This document shows positions 54,221-63,316 of a stretch of DNA of 64,000 bases, one piece after another. Position 1 is the stretch's first letter, and every line of letters begins with the position of its first letter. Source of the stretch: Methanobacteriota archaeon (GTDB lineage: Archaea; Thermoplasmatota; Poseidoniia; Poseidoniales; Poseidoniaceae); the NCBI GenBank assembly GCA_018659375.1, contig JABJMO010000063.1, forward strand, positions 1,782 to 65,781, written 5' to 3'. The notes under the pieces were generated by a model, which worked only from the letters and a program-made list of their open reading frames with translations, was not told where the DNA came from and did no database searches. The position numbers and the translations under genes were made by a program.

Positions 54221-55180
54221 ATGAGCGAGCGGCCCAAGATTGCTGTGTCTGCATGTCTAGTAGGGCAGAAAGTTAGACACAATGGTGATACCGCAGAATC
54301 TAGAGTATTGACTACAGAGTGGGCTAATTATCTAGAAATATTACCATTATGTCCTGAAATAGGCATCGGAATGGAAGTACCAAGGTCAAAAATTAGACTA
54401 ACAAAAATTGATGGGAAATTAGGTCTGGTAAATCCAAATGATGGCGAAGAACTGACCAATAAAATGCTTTCATATGCTGAAATACAGTCAGACCTGTTAG
54501 TTTCTGAGGGTATTTGCGGATTTGTTTTTAATAATGATTCGGCAACCTGCGGATTAGAGTCTGTCAACGTTTATCATGACGATAACCCCACACCAACACA
54601 GAACGGGCGGGGCTTATTTGCGATGGTCTTCACTTCGCTTAACCCACACATCCCAGTAATCAATGAATCACGCCTATCTGACCCGCGCCAAGCCGAACAT
54701 TTCCTTGCCCGAGTGCATTTCTTTAATGAATGGAAAAAGAGTGGCAAAAACGGTTGGGATGCTGGTAAAATTATGCGTTTCCACAACGAAAACAAATTGT
54801 TCTTACTCAGCCGAGCACCCCTAATGAAAAGGCTTCTAGGAAGGCTGATTGCCACCAGGTTTGACGAAGGAACCCATCCTGAGAATGTTGCTTTAGAGTA
54901 TATCACTGAGGCCCAAAAAGGACTTCAAACATTGACTAAGAACGGCAGGATTGCCCACACTATGGAGAGAGTTTTTGGCAGGTTCTCTAACCAACTATCT
55001 AAGGCAGAAAAGCAAGAAGTAGTCAAATTGATTCATGGATTTAGAGAAGGTGTTTTACCAAGATCTGCTCCACTAGATATGCTTAATCAATACCTAACAA
55101 GGTACAACATGGATGATAAGAATTTAAACAGATTCATCACCTCAGTTCCTTTAGAAATGGAATTAATGGCTAATGTTTAG
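54221..55180 (+). CDS. DUF523 (TudS-like Fe-S) + DUF1722 (YbgA-like) fusion protein
   Basis: The N-terminus KIAVSACLVGQKVRHNGD is the DUF523 signature (aCLlG..vRydG). The C-terminal half, FHNENKLFLLSRAPLMKRLLGRLIA, follows the YbgA/DUF1722 pattern. Confidence 0.7.
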   Translation: MSERPKIAVSACLVGQKVRHNGDTAESRVLTTEWANYLEILPLCPEIGIGMEVPRSKIRLTKIDGKLGLVNPNDGEELTNKMLSYAEIQSDLLVSEGICGFVFNNDSATCGLESVNVYHDDNPTPTQNGRGLFAMVFTSLNPHIPVINESRLSDPRQAEHFLARVHFFNEWKKSGKNGWDAGKIMRFHNENKLFLLSRAPLMKRLLGRLIATRFDEGTHPENVALEYITEAQKGLQTLTKNGRIAHTMERVFGRFSNQLSKAEKQEVVKLIHGFREGVLPRSAPLDMLNQYLTRYNMDDKNLNRFITSVPLEMELMANV

Positions 55181-55570
55181 TCAAATTTGTATTTGTATTT
55201 TTGATTCCAGTACTCTAGTTGGATAAACTTGGAGATCTTTTTGTTTGGACAACTTCCCAACAACTTTCCCGAATGGAGGAAATAACGGGAATGGTGCCCA
55301 TTCAACTAATTCACCATCGGCAATTTGGTGTGTTGTTTGATGTAATGGACAACGTATGCAATCATCCTTGACCTTACCGCCCCAAGCCAGCGGCCATCTC
55401 ATGTGCCTACACAGTGCTTCTGTAGCGAAGTATGCTCCTTCATGCATTCCTAGTAGAACCATTTTACCATTGACTCTGAGCATTTTCTTTTTCCCGTTTT
55501 TTAACTTTGACACCTTTATTGCGTCGTGCCAATTTAATTCCTCAGTTCCTGACATTTGCCATACCCCCAT
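55181..55570 (-). CDS. Rieske [2Fe-2S] domain ferredoxin-like protein
   Basis: CRHMRWPLAWGG...CIRCPLHQ gives the C-x-H ... C-x2-H Rieske ligands. It is a small, single-domain protein. Confidence 0.75.
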   Translation of the reverse strand: MGVWQMSGTEELNWHDAIKVSKLKNGKKKMLRVNGKMVLLGMHEGAYFATEALCRHMRWPLAWGGKVKDDCIRCPLHQTTHQIADGELVEWAPFPLFPPFGKVVGKLSKQKDLQVYPTRVLESKIQIQI

Positions 55571-56294
55571 CTAGATTAAGCACTTGGCCGGTGAAATTGT
55601 CTGGTGCCTCTGTTAACAGCCATCTAATAGAAGTAGCAACTTCTTCTGGTTGATTAATCCGTTTCATTGGAATCATTGATACTGCTGCTTCACGAATAGC
55701 GTCTGATCTTAAGAATGCGCTGCCAAGTCTAGTTTCGGTTAATCCCGGAGCAACTGCGTTAACTCTAATGTTGCGTTGGGCATAAGTGGCTGCTGATGAT
55801 CTAACCATTGCCTCAACCCCTCCTTTTGCTGCTGCAATAGCTTCATGATTTACTAAACCCAAACTTCCTGCTACACTAGAAGTAAAAACCAATCGGCCAC
55901 CACCAGAACGCAACATTGACTTGCATATCAAAGACAATGACAGAAAGGCACTAGTTAAATTTGTCCGAATAACTTCCTCAAAAGCCTCTACTTTGAGAGC
56001 ATGAGGTGGCTTGACTAGAATTGAGCCTACTAAGTGAGCAGCACCAGCAATACTTCCATTGCCGTTTTCTTTAGCAGTATCTATTGCTGATTGGAGATCT
56101 GCAGGATTCAAAGCATCACCAATAATGACGCTCACACCACTGTTTGACAAGTGTTCAACTCTGGAACTGTCGCGGGCTAGAATGGTGACTTGTTTGCCTT
56201 GTTCGACTAGTTCTGAGACTAATATTTGTGCAATGTCACTACTGCCGCCAACCACTAAATAAGATTCTGTCATGTTGCGAAATGGTTTGGTCAA
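55542..56294 (-). CDS. Short-chain dehydrogenase/reductase (SDR) family protein
   Basis: The SDR scaffold is present in VVGGSSDIAQ (cofactor loop), LVFTSSVAGS and NIRVNAVAPGLTET. The expected YxxxK reads IAAAK. Confidence 0.75.
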   Translation of the reverse strand: MTKPFRNMTESYLVVGGSSDIAQILVSELVEQGKQVTILARDSSRVEHLSNSGVSVIIGDALNPADLQSAIDTAKENGNGSIAGAAHLVGSILVKPPHALKVEAFEEVIRTNLTSAFLSLSLICKSMLRSGGGRLVFTSSVAGSLGLVNHEAIAAAKGGVEAMVRSSAATYAQRNIRVNAVAPGLTETRLGSAFLRSDAIREAAVSMIPMKRINQPEEVATSIRWLLTEAPDNFTGQVLNLDGGMANVRN

Positions 56295-56315
56295 CTTTTA
56301 TACCCGTGTTTTGAT

Positions 56316-56912
56316 TTAATTCTTTGAATCTCGAGATATTCGGCATATTTCAACAAAATTTTCAAACATCTCTTTACCGAATTCTGAATCATTAACTTCG
56401 GGATGAAATTGTAATCCAAACCGATCCCCGGCTTCATTTTCCATGCCTTGTACCTTGCATGAAGGACTACTAGCAGTAATGAAGAAGCCATCTGGTACTT
56501 CATGCACCTCATCATTGTGTGATTCCCAAACCGTTTGAGCCAGTGAGGTGTTTTGGAAAATTTTACCTCCTTGGTTTTGTAATTCAATTTCCATTGCGCC
56601 AAATTCTGGTATGGGAGACTCCCTTGCATCTCCGCCGTAATGTCTTGCCATGAATTGATGTCCTGCACAAATCCCAAGCACTGGTATGTCAAGCTCTAGA
56701 TATGCTGCACAATTACCCAACTCCCCCGTTAGGCCTACTCTTGCTGCCCCACCAGAGAGAATTATTCCATCTAGTTCTCGAAGTTGTTCAACAGGAGTTG
56801 TATTGTCGATGATTTTGGTGTCTACCTTGAGATATCGTAACATTCTCCATTCTCTGTGTGTCCATTGACCGCCATTATCAACGACATCAATGACTAATGG
56901 TTTATCACTCAT
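56316..56912 (-). CDS. guaA: GMP synthase, glutamine amidotransferase subunit (archaeal subunit A)
   Basis: Class I GATase triad context is PVLGICAGHQFMA with LQFHPEV. The N-terminus VVDNGGQWTHREWRMLRYLKVDTKIIDNTTP is typical of archaeal GuaA-A. No subunit B lies in this window. Confidence 0.75.
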   Translation of the reverse strand: MSDKPLVIDVVDNGGQWTHREWRMLRYLKVDTKIIDNTTPVEQLRELDGIILSGGAARVGLTGELGNCAAYLELDIPVLGICAGHQFMARHYGGDARESPIPEFGAMEIELQNQGGKIFQNTSLAQTVWESHNDEVHEVPDGFFITASSPSCKVQGMENEAGDRFGLQFHPEVNDSEFGKEMFENFVEICRISRDSKN

Positions 56913-56921
56913 GTCATCACC

Positions 56922-57308
56922 TCACTCTGTGGCGTTTTTTCTGGCGTGAATAAACGATTGGACGCATAAATAAGTATAGATTGAACCTGTGACTAGGAGC
57001 ATCAACATCGAGCCTGAGGCGTAATTAATCCCATCGGATATCACCATCAGGAATCTAGTGCCACCAAGGGCACAGAGTAATCCGAAACTTACTGCGATAT
57101 GCATCCACAATTTCTTTTTGTGCGGTTGTAAGTTTGTCATTAGCCCCGAGATTAACAAAGGTACTCCCATTATTGCCGGAATAAACGAGGTGATGGATTT
57201 CGAGCCGGACAGTAATGATACAGCAATACCCCATGCAATGAGTAATCCTCCATACCCAATTGTAAGGTTAGTCATCGATATGCCCATCGGTTTGTACTCG
57301 TCTGCCAT
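56922..57308 (-). CDS. Small membrane protein (four TM helices)
   Basis: A hydrophobic 128-aa ORF. I recognise no family motif. Confidence 0.45.
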   Translation of the reverse strand: MADEYKPMGISMTNLTIGYGGLLIAWGIAVSLLSGSKSITSFIPAIMGVPLLISGLMTNLQPHKKKLWMHIAVSFGLLCALGGTRFLMVISDGINYASGSMLMLLVTGSIYTYLCVQSFIHARKNATE

Positions 57309-57388
57309 GACTATGCGTCATACTGAATATCTAAAATGGCTTTGAAACAATTGATGAATGATTGTCTACTGGATTAGGTTGGTCGCCT

Positions 57389-58732
57389 ATGGATTTATCG
57401 GATGTTCCAGATGGTTGGCCCGGCAATATTTGGCTGGAAGGCAAGACTGTTGTCCACCTACAACCAAACCAAGAGCGACCTACGCACATGCCGCGTGGGC
57501 CGGCAAAAAAAACCGGAGGTGGTTTTCTTAATCCGGCCATGGCGCCTTCTAGAACAAGATCTGTTCTGCTGTTACAGGATGCCTTGGAGAATAATTGGCT
57601 GACACCTGAAGACAAACCAATTCGTGCCTTTGATGCAATGTGCTCAACAGGAGTAAGGATAAGACGCTGGCGTAATGAGATTGCGCACCACTTACAAAGC
57701 AGATTGAGAATAACCGGTAACGATTTGAATGATTTTGCATTATCATGGGCGGTAAATTCTCACAACACAAATTTACCACAATACACTGAAAACATTGAAA
57801 TGAATCTAGACCGATATGGCTCTATGGCTCAAAGGATTCCTGTTGAAGGAATTTACTTTCAAAAAATGGATGCGAAGTTAGCAATGGCTGATGCTTCATA
57901 CCAGTGGATAGATATTGACCCATTTGGCTCACCAGTGGCCTTTATCGATTCTGCGATTCAAAGCTTAGCACGCATCGGTGTACTAGAAGTAACTGCCACA
58001 GATACCGCAGCATTAACTGGCTCCTCACCAAGTTCTCAAAAGCGCAGATACGCTGCTAGAGGGATTGTCGATGATTATGCCCATGATGATGCAATAAGGG
58101 TTTTGTTGGGACTTATTGCCAAAACAGCAGCTATGCATGACCGGGTTATCAAACCAATAATGGCGCTATTTGACGGCCACCATGTCAGAGTTAGTATATT
58201 AGTTAAATCGAGTAAAGAAGAAGCATCGAATTTCCAAAAAAATATTGGTTGGCGGTTACGTTGTGAAGATATACCTTACAAATTTATTAGATTCCCTAAC
58301 CAAGAAGAAGTTAATTCTGCAAGTGGTCCGTTGTGGATAGGACCTTTGATGGATAAGGAAATTGCCGGTAGGATGACCATTGAGAAAGCTATTGAGACCT
58401 GCCTGCCCAATGACACAGAACTTCTACTTGCCAAACAGAAAGGTTTGGATTGGAGCGGTCGTGACTCAGAATATGCTACTAGGGAAATGGCTCGGAGTGT
58501 CAAGCACATTGCTCAGGCTGCTGATTTACTGAGTCGAGAACATCTTTTACTAAGCCTGGATGCTATGCCAAGACTTGCTGGAACAAAGGGCACTCCAAAG
58601 ATGGAGTATATTCTAAACGACCTCGTGGAGTTAGGTTATTGCGCTGCTAGATATCCAGATATGGATCCTATGTTTGCCACTGATGCCCCGTTTGACAAAG
58701 TTTTACAGGTAGTTCGAAAGTATCACAATTAA
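57389..58732 (+). CDS. trm1: tRNA (guanine26-N2)-dimethyltransferase Trm1
   Basis: Motifs FLNPAMAPSRTRSVLLL, DAMCSTGVRIRRW and IDIDPFGSPVAFIDSAIQS are Trm1 signatures. I prefer the ATG at 57389 over the TTG at 57362. Confidence 0.85.
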   Translation: MDLSDVPDGWPGNIWLEGKTVVHLQPNQERPTHMPRGPAKKTGGGFLNPAMAPSRTRSVLLLQDALENNWLTPEDKPIRAFDAMCSTGVRIRRWRNEIAHHLQSRLRITGNDLNDFALSWAVNSHNTNLPQYTENIEMNLDRYGSMAQRIPVEGIYFQKMDAKLAMADASYQWIDIDPFGSPVAFIDSAIQSLARIGVLEVTATDTAALTGSSPSSQKRRYAARGIVDDYAHDDAIRVLLGLIAKTAAMHDRVIKPIMALFDGHHVRVSILVKSSKEEASNFQKNIGWRLRCEDIPYKFIRFPNQEEVNSASGPLWIGPLMDKEIAGRMTIEKAIETCLPNDTELLLAKQKGLDWSGRDSEYATREMARSVKHIAQAADLLSREHLLLSLDAMPRLAGTKGTPKMEYILNDLVELGYCAARYPDMDPMFATDAPFDKVLQVVRKYHN

Positions 58733-59508
58733 CCAAACGAAGGATCGATAAAGTCATCTTTTTCTTCGGGTGCGGGCAACATCGTAGCTGAGTTTTCAAA
58801 TACGTCCCTTACGCTATTTTCTATCTCTCTAGCGTTCTCTAGTAAGTCTCCCAGTGGTATCTCTAGGCCTGTCAAATCACATACTGCTTCAATAGCAATT
58901 GCAGCAGCCCTTGCGTCTGGATACATTGGGCTTGCTTCTGCTAGTAGTGCTGTCACATCAATGCCAAGCCTATCGCCTTCGCCAAGTAAGAACCCGGTTA
59001 TTCCGGCAACTATGCCTTGTTGGATTGGTTCTATACCGGCTCTCTTCAAGTCATCTCTAGCTGATTTTGATGAACCAACTCCGTACAACTCCCCCTGCTC
59101 GAGTTGCTTGTCGTTGGAAGTTACTCCATCGATTATGATTAATTTATCAAACCCTCCTTTAGTATACCATTCGAGAACAGTTGATGCAAACATAATATCT
59201 TGCTTGTCTTGAAATTTTATTTCTGAGGTGAAGACTCCAATGCCGTTACCTTGGTAAACTCTAACTGGATGTTTTGGGATTTCGTCTTGAATTAATGCGA
59301 CTGCTGGAAAATCTGCGTTTAATACAGTTCCCAACTGATTTAATTTCAGGGTTCTAATTATGTGAGAAGCCGCGATGACTCCAACCATCCCAGCAGTGGT
59401 AAAACCGGCTATTGCAACGCCACCAGTAGTTGGGTCTGCTCCACTCTTTAACACAAGAGCGTATCCCTTAAACTCGTGGTCTGTCATGCCTGCCGTTTCA
59501 ACCGTCAA
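58729..59508 (-). CDS. PAC2-family proteasome assembly chaperone
   Basis: GGVAIAGFTTAGMVGVIAASHIIRTLKLNQLGTVLNADFPAVALI...HPVRVY resembles archaeal PAC2 (PbaA/PbaB-like) N-termini. The size, 259 aa, fits. Confidence 0.7.
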   Translation of the reverse strand: MTVETAGMTDHEFKGYALVLKSGADPTTGGVAIAGFTTAGMVGVIAASHIIRTLKLNQLGTVLNADFPAVALIQDEIPKHPVRVYQGNGIGVFTSEIKFQDKQDIMFASTVLEWYTKGGFDKLIIIDGVTSNDKQLEQGELYGVGSSKSARDDLKRAGIEPIQQGIVAGITGFLLGEGDRLGIDVTALLAEASPMYPDARAAAIAIEAVCDLTGLEIPLGDLLENAREIENSVRDVFENSATMLPAPEEKDDFIDPSFG

Positions 59509-59614
59509 GGAAAGAGTTTGAAAAGACTACTATTAGTTTCTCATACAATTATAAGTTCGGTAATTAATTGTAAACAGTTATCAATGTCCGGCTCTTGGGT
59601 TTTGATGAGATACT

Positions 59615-60115
59615 ATGTCTGATATGAGCAAGATATCGATTCAAGTGGGTGAATTTGAATTTGAATATGAAGGTTCTCAAATTGAAGTCGATGAAAAACT
59701 CGCCCAGTTTAAGGAAGAGGGTTTTTGGAATATCATGGCCGAGAGGTTGCAAGAGGCTAAGGATGTTAACCTCGATGCAAATGCAGTCGTTTCAAAGGAA
59801 CAAGCTGTTTCAGAACGGGGTCTTAAGTTTAGAAATTTAGTTGAAAATTGTAGCCTAGAAGGGAAACCAGACCGTGTACTTGGTGCACTTCATTTTCTAA
59901 GAGACGTTGAAGGACTCAAAGATTGCCCCCCTAGAGTAATCAATGACTTATTTGACGAAGCAAATATTGTGCCTCCCGGTAATCTGTCACTTTATATCAA
60001 TCGATTAAAAGAAAAACAATTTCTCAATATTGCCAATAAACATGGTGATAAGAATCGCTTCGCTGACTTAACTGAGCTTGGAAGAAAACATCTAGAAGAC
60101 AAAGCCGGAAATTGA
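59615..60115 (+). CDS. Hypothetical protein, possible C-terminal wHTH
   Basis: 166 aa. The C-terminal PPGNLSLYINRLKEKQFLNIANKHGDKNRFADLTELGRKHLE has a winged-helix-like pattern. I recognise no family. Confidence 0.45.
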   Translation: MSDMSKISIQVGEFEFEYEGSQIEVDEKLAQFKEEGFWNIMAERLQEAKDVNLDANAVVSKEQAVSERGLKFRNLVENCSLEGKPDRVLGALHFLRDVEGLKDCPPRVINDLFDEANIVPPGNLSLYINRLKEKQFLNIANKHGDKNRFADLTELGRKHLEDKAGN

Positions 60116-60124
60116 GGATTATAA

Positions 60125-60565
60125 ATGGTAATGTCTGGCAACCCCGATGATCCTCGAGATAATACCGGAGAGGAAGGCATAGTCTTAGATTGGTCGTATC
60201 AAAACAAAACTGAATCGCTGTTACGTAAAGGGCGTCATCCAGGCTCAAATTTCAAGCGAGCAATACTTGACAGAGCCGATTTAACGGAAGGTGACTTTTC
60301 TAATTGTAATTTTAACAAAGCATCGATGGTAGAGGCTGATCTAATGAAATCAGCATTCGATAATGCTGACTTCCGCGGTGCTGATTTACGTAAAGCAAGA
60401 TTAAACCTGTCCAATTTTAATAATTGTAAATTCAAAGGCGCAGACCTTAGAGGTATCAGAGGAAAATACGCAATTTGGCGTGGTAGTGACTGGTGGAATG
60501 CTACTGTAGACGACAGTTTGGCAAAGGCCCTAAAAAAGAAATGGCCAAAGCCAAGTGATGAGTGA
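60125..60565 (+). CDS. Pentapeptide-repeat protein
   Basis: The run ADLTEGDFSNCNFNKASMVEADLMKSAFDNADFRGADLRKARLNLSNFNNCKFKGADLRG is a continuous A(D/N)LXX pentapeptide periodicity. Confidence 0.85.
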   Translation: MVMSGNPDDPRDNTGEEGIVLDWSYQNKTESLLRKGRHPGSNFKRAILDRADLTEGDFSNCNFNKASMVEADLMKSAFDNADFRGADLRKARLNLSNFNNCKFKGADLRGIRGKYAIWRGSDWWNATVDDSLAKALKKKWPKPSDE

Positions 60566-60566
60566 T

Positions 60567-61241
60567 TCATTCTTCACTTTCGTTGACTTCATCTGGATTA
60601 ATTAGTTCAACATTTTCCCAGAAATTACCTTTCATGGCTTTGCGTGCTCGAGCATTAATCATTGGTAAAGCGGCAAATGCACCACATACAAACATACATA
60701 CTCCGCAAAGATAGACAAATATCTCATAGGTCAATAACAAAGCGCCGCTAAGATTTGCGTCTGATGCAAGCCTGATTAGTTGGCTACCATATACTCCCGA
60801 AATTAATCCTATAGCAGCTCCTGTGGTGGAAATCACGGGACCTGTTTGTTTTAATCTAAACGTATTTATTGACCCAACCAGAACCAGAAACCCGGCAATA
60901 CCAAGACCGATTGCTCTGATGATAAACCCGTTTGAATCTCTTGCATCATCATGAAATTGTTGATATTGCTCTTCGGTTATTTGCACATCAGATTGGCTAT
61001 TTGGTGTCTCCAATAATGTCTCTACTTCTTCGTCAGAGATATCCTCGGCTGAGTGAAGCAGAAAGTCTTGATAGGATTGGAACAAAATCAAAATAGCCCC
61101 TAAGAATAATAGCATTGCAATTGTCTTTGGACCTTTTTTATCTTCCTTTATTGGGATCCCGCCCCATACATCTTTTGGAACTGAAGATGATGGACTTTCA
61201 TCTTCCATAATTATTGAGAAATCAAATTGTTTTTCAGTCAT
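60567..61241 (-). CDS. Membrane protein (four TM helices) with acidic termini
   Basis: It has hydrophobic helices and no recognisable family motif. Confidence 0.45.
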   Translation of the reverse strand: MTEKQFDFSIIMEDESPSSSVPKDVWGGIPIKEDKKGPKTIAMLLFLGAILILFQSYQDFLLHSAEDISDEEVETLLETPNSQSDVQITEEQYQQFHDDARDSNGFIIRAIGLGIAGFLVLVGSINTFRLKQTGPVISTTGAAIGLISGVYGSQLIRLASDANLSGALLLTYEIFVYLCGVCMFVCGAFAALPMINARARKAMKGNFWENVELINPDEVNESEE

Positions 61242-61250
61242 ATCGGCACC

Positions 61251-61661
61251 TCAAATTAAATGATTAGACAAGCCTTTTGCTAACCAATCTGGAATTTCAA
61301 TAGATTCTAAACTGTCCATATCTACACAAACAGTTACTTGCTTGGAGGACCAGAGATGAGTTTCTTCTTGATTGTAGAAATCGTATTGCCAAGTACATGA
61401 CTTAACGCCCACTTTCAAAATAGAGATCTCGGCAGTAACTACATCACCATATCTTAGAGGATGGAGGAAATTCGTTTCAATATTCACCACTGGAAAACCA
61501 AGCCTATGTTGTTCGATGATTTGAGGATATGATGTGCCACTCATTTCCTCCCAACACTCTTCAAAAAAGCGGTGTGCTAAATCGTATATTCGAGGATAAT
61601 ATGCTATGTTTGCATTATCTATCATTGGATAGTCAACCCTTCTTTGCAAAGTGACGGCCAT
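61251..61661 (-). CDS. Hotdog-fold acyl-CoA thioesterase (4HBT/YbgC-like)
   Basis: The N-terminus RVDYPMIDNANIAYYPRIYDLAHRFFEECWEEMSG resembles the YbgC/4HBT N-terminal strand-helix with a catalytic Asp. The size is 136 aa. Confidence 0.65.
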   Translation of the reverse strand: MAVTLQRRVDYPMIDNANIAYYPRIYDLAHRFFEECWEEMSGTSYPQIIEQHRLGFPVVNIETNFLHPLRYGDVVTAEISILKVGVKSCTWQYDFYNQEETHLWSSKQVTVCVDMDSLESIEIPDWLAKGLSNHLI

Positions 61662-61723
61662 ATCTAGTCCATCCAGTGCGTAATGATGAATCCTTGTATG
61701 ACGGTTTTTTTAACCCGTTGCGC

Positions 61724-61730
61724 TTATATT
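61724..61730 (+). promoter_or_regulatory. TATA box (TTATATT) for tRNA-Arg(GCG)
   Basis: It is centred about 28 nt upstream of the tRNA 5' end at 61755, the canonical archaeal spacing. Confidence 0.45.
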
Positions 61731-61754
61731 GGCCTCTCCAGTCGCATGGTTTAC

Positions 61755-61831
61755 GGCCCCATAGTGTAGCTTGGATATCACACTGGTTTGCGGAACCAGT
61801 AACCCGTGTTCGAATCGCGGCGGGGCCGCCA
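61755..61831 (+). tRNA. tRNA-Arg (anticodon GCG), CCA encoded
   Basis: Folded by hand. Acceptor stem is GGCCCCA/CGGGGCC, with a 7-66 A-C mismatch. Anticodon stem is CTGGT/ACCAG with loop TTGCGGA. T arm is CCGTG-TTCGAAT-CGCGG. Discriminator G is followed by a genomic CCA. Confidence 0.88.
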
Positions 61832-61842
61832 TTTACTCTCAA

Positions 61843-62535
61843 TCATATCTTCCAAGATTTTATTTGCCAACCCTGCTCTGTGGCCATTTTTGTCATCTTT
61901 GCCCCAGGATTTACGGCAATTGGATTCCCTGTGATTCGCATAAACCACGTATCAGCCATAGTGTTCCCATAACCAAAACACTGAGAAAGGTCGTGGCCAT
62001 TTTTATCGGCATCTTGTTGAACAATTGGAACTTTACCTTTCCTTCTTGGCACACTCCAACCTATTTCTGAGCCTGACATCATACCATTTCGGCTCTCTGG
62101 GCCACAGCCATACACCGCATCCATTCCAAGTACAGCAGCCATTGCTTCTGCCATTGGGGCAATCGTCGCAGTGACTAAGACTAACCGATGGCCTTGGTTT
62201 CGATGCCATGTTAAACAATCCCACGCTTCTTGAGGTATTTTTTGTTTAAGTTGGTTTTCTGCGATGGGTGTCGAATAATCTTCTAACACTTTCCAAGAGG
62301 CGAGCGAAAAGTGACCTCTGTTTCTTGCTGCATCGTATAATGATCGGCCGCGCAATAAATTGCCAACCAGTCCGAGTGTCCACATCACTGTCCCCACAGG
62401 TATTCTCCAAGGTCGCTTTTTGGCTAGATGAACGGTCAGAGTTTTTTCACTAGATGAATCTAGTAATGTCCCATCAAGGTCAAAATATGCTGCAACTTGA
62501 CCACTCATTGACTCTGCGTTATAACTATCATACAT
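61843..62535 (-). CDS. HAD-superfamily hydrolase, subfamily IB (SerB-like phosphatase fold)
   Basis: Motif I is AAYFDLDGTLLDS. The motif IV-like segment is FGYGNTMADTWFM. A cap-domain-sized insert follows motif I. Confidence 0.7.
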   Translation of the reverse strand: MYDSYNAESMSGQVAAYFDLDGTLLDSSSEKTLTVHLAKKRPWRIPVGTVMWTLGLVGNLLRGRSLYDAARNRGHFSLASWKVLEDYSTPIAENQLKQKIPQEAWDCLTWHRNQGHRLVLVTATIAPMAEAMAAVLGMDAVYGCGPESRNGMMSGSEIGWSVPRRKGKVPIVQQDADKNGHDLSQCFGYGNTMADTWFMRITGNPIAVNPGAKMTKMATEQGWQIKSWKI

Positions 62536-62558
62536 GAGTGAAACGGCTAATTTTGATT

Positions 62559-62846
62559 TTAATTGGCCTTTTCATCACTAAACCTTGAGCGGTCACCGTA
62601 AACCCTTCTACCGGCTCGGTGGTCTTGCCACCACGCTAATTTCTCTCCTAGGTTTCGTGAAATAAAGAAACCTACTTTTCTTGGAGTGAGTCCGTGATTC
62701 CGCATTGACTTCTCGTGTGATAGATTGGCTACAATAGATTGCGCAGAACATCCATGGTTAGCGGTAACAAAGCTAATTATCTCCTGTTTCAGTCTTTCAA
62801 ATCTAGCCTTCTTTTGGGTACCTGTGCCGCCCCTATTATGTTTCAT
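62559..62846 (-). CDS. Small basic hypothetical protein (possible wHTH)
   Basis: 95 aa and Arg/Lys-rich. The segment IISFVTANHGCSAQSIVANLSHEKSMRNHGLTPRKVGFFISRNL is helix-turn-helix-like. Support is weak. Confidence 0.4.
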   Translation of the reverse strand: MKHNRGGTGTQKKARFERLKQEIISFVTANHGCSAQSIVANLSHEKSMRNHGLTPRKVGFFISRNLGEKLAWWQDHRAGRRVYGDRSRFSDEKAN

Positions 62847-62906
62847 AATAGGAAATAATCAAGTGAACCCATATCAAAGATACGGTGGTAATCCCATTAA
62901 GATAAG

Positions 62907-63269
62907 TCACTGGAAGTTTACTGGTTGTATAGTTTTCCAACTTGCTGTAGCAAGTTTCTTGGCTTTTCCATCAGCAATGATGGGATTAATTGTTTGAAGT
63001 TTACCATGCATTCCATGGACTTGGAATTTAACCTTTAATTCTGCAACTCTATCGCGCTGTAGAGTCTCTATTTGTTCATCTGTTAGGTCCACAGAAGCAA
63101 GTTCTTTTCCGGTATTGATATCTGAAATCGTGAATTGATTTTCGGATACCGAGAGAGAAGGTCTGAACTCCCAGTCGTCAGGATGAATCATCCATACCGA
63201 AACATCAACAGACAGTGTGTCTTTGATTTTTACTTTACTAATCTCTACGGTGTCTACCATGCTGTTCAA
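62907..63269 (-). CDS. Hypothetical protein (120 aa)
   Basis: A clean ORF with beta-rich composition and no recognisable motif. Confidence 0.4.
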   Translation of the reverse strand: MNSMVDTVEISKVKIKDTLSVDVSVWMIHPDDWEFRPSLSVSENQFTISDINTGKELASVDLTDEQIETLQRDRVAELKVKFQVHGMHGKLQTINPIIADGKAKKLATASWKTIQPVNFQ

Positions 63270-63316
63270 ACCTCCCCAATAGATAGTTGTTGATTATTGT
63301 TTCATCCTCAGTTGAA

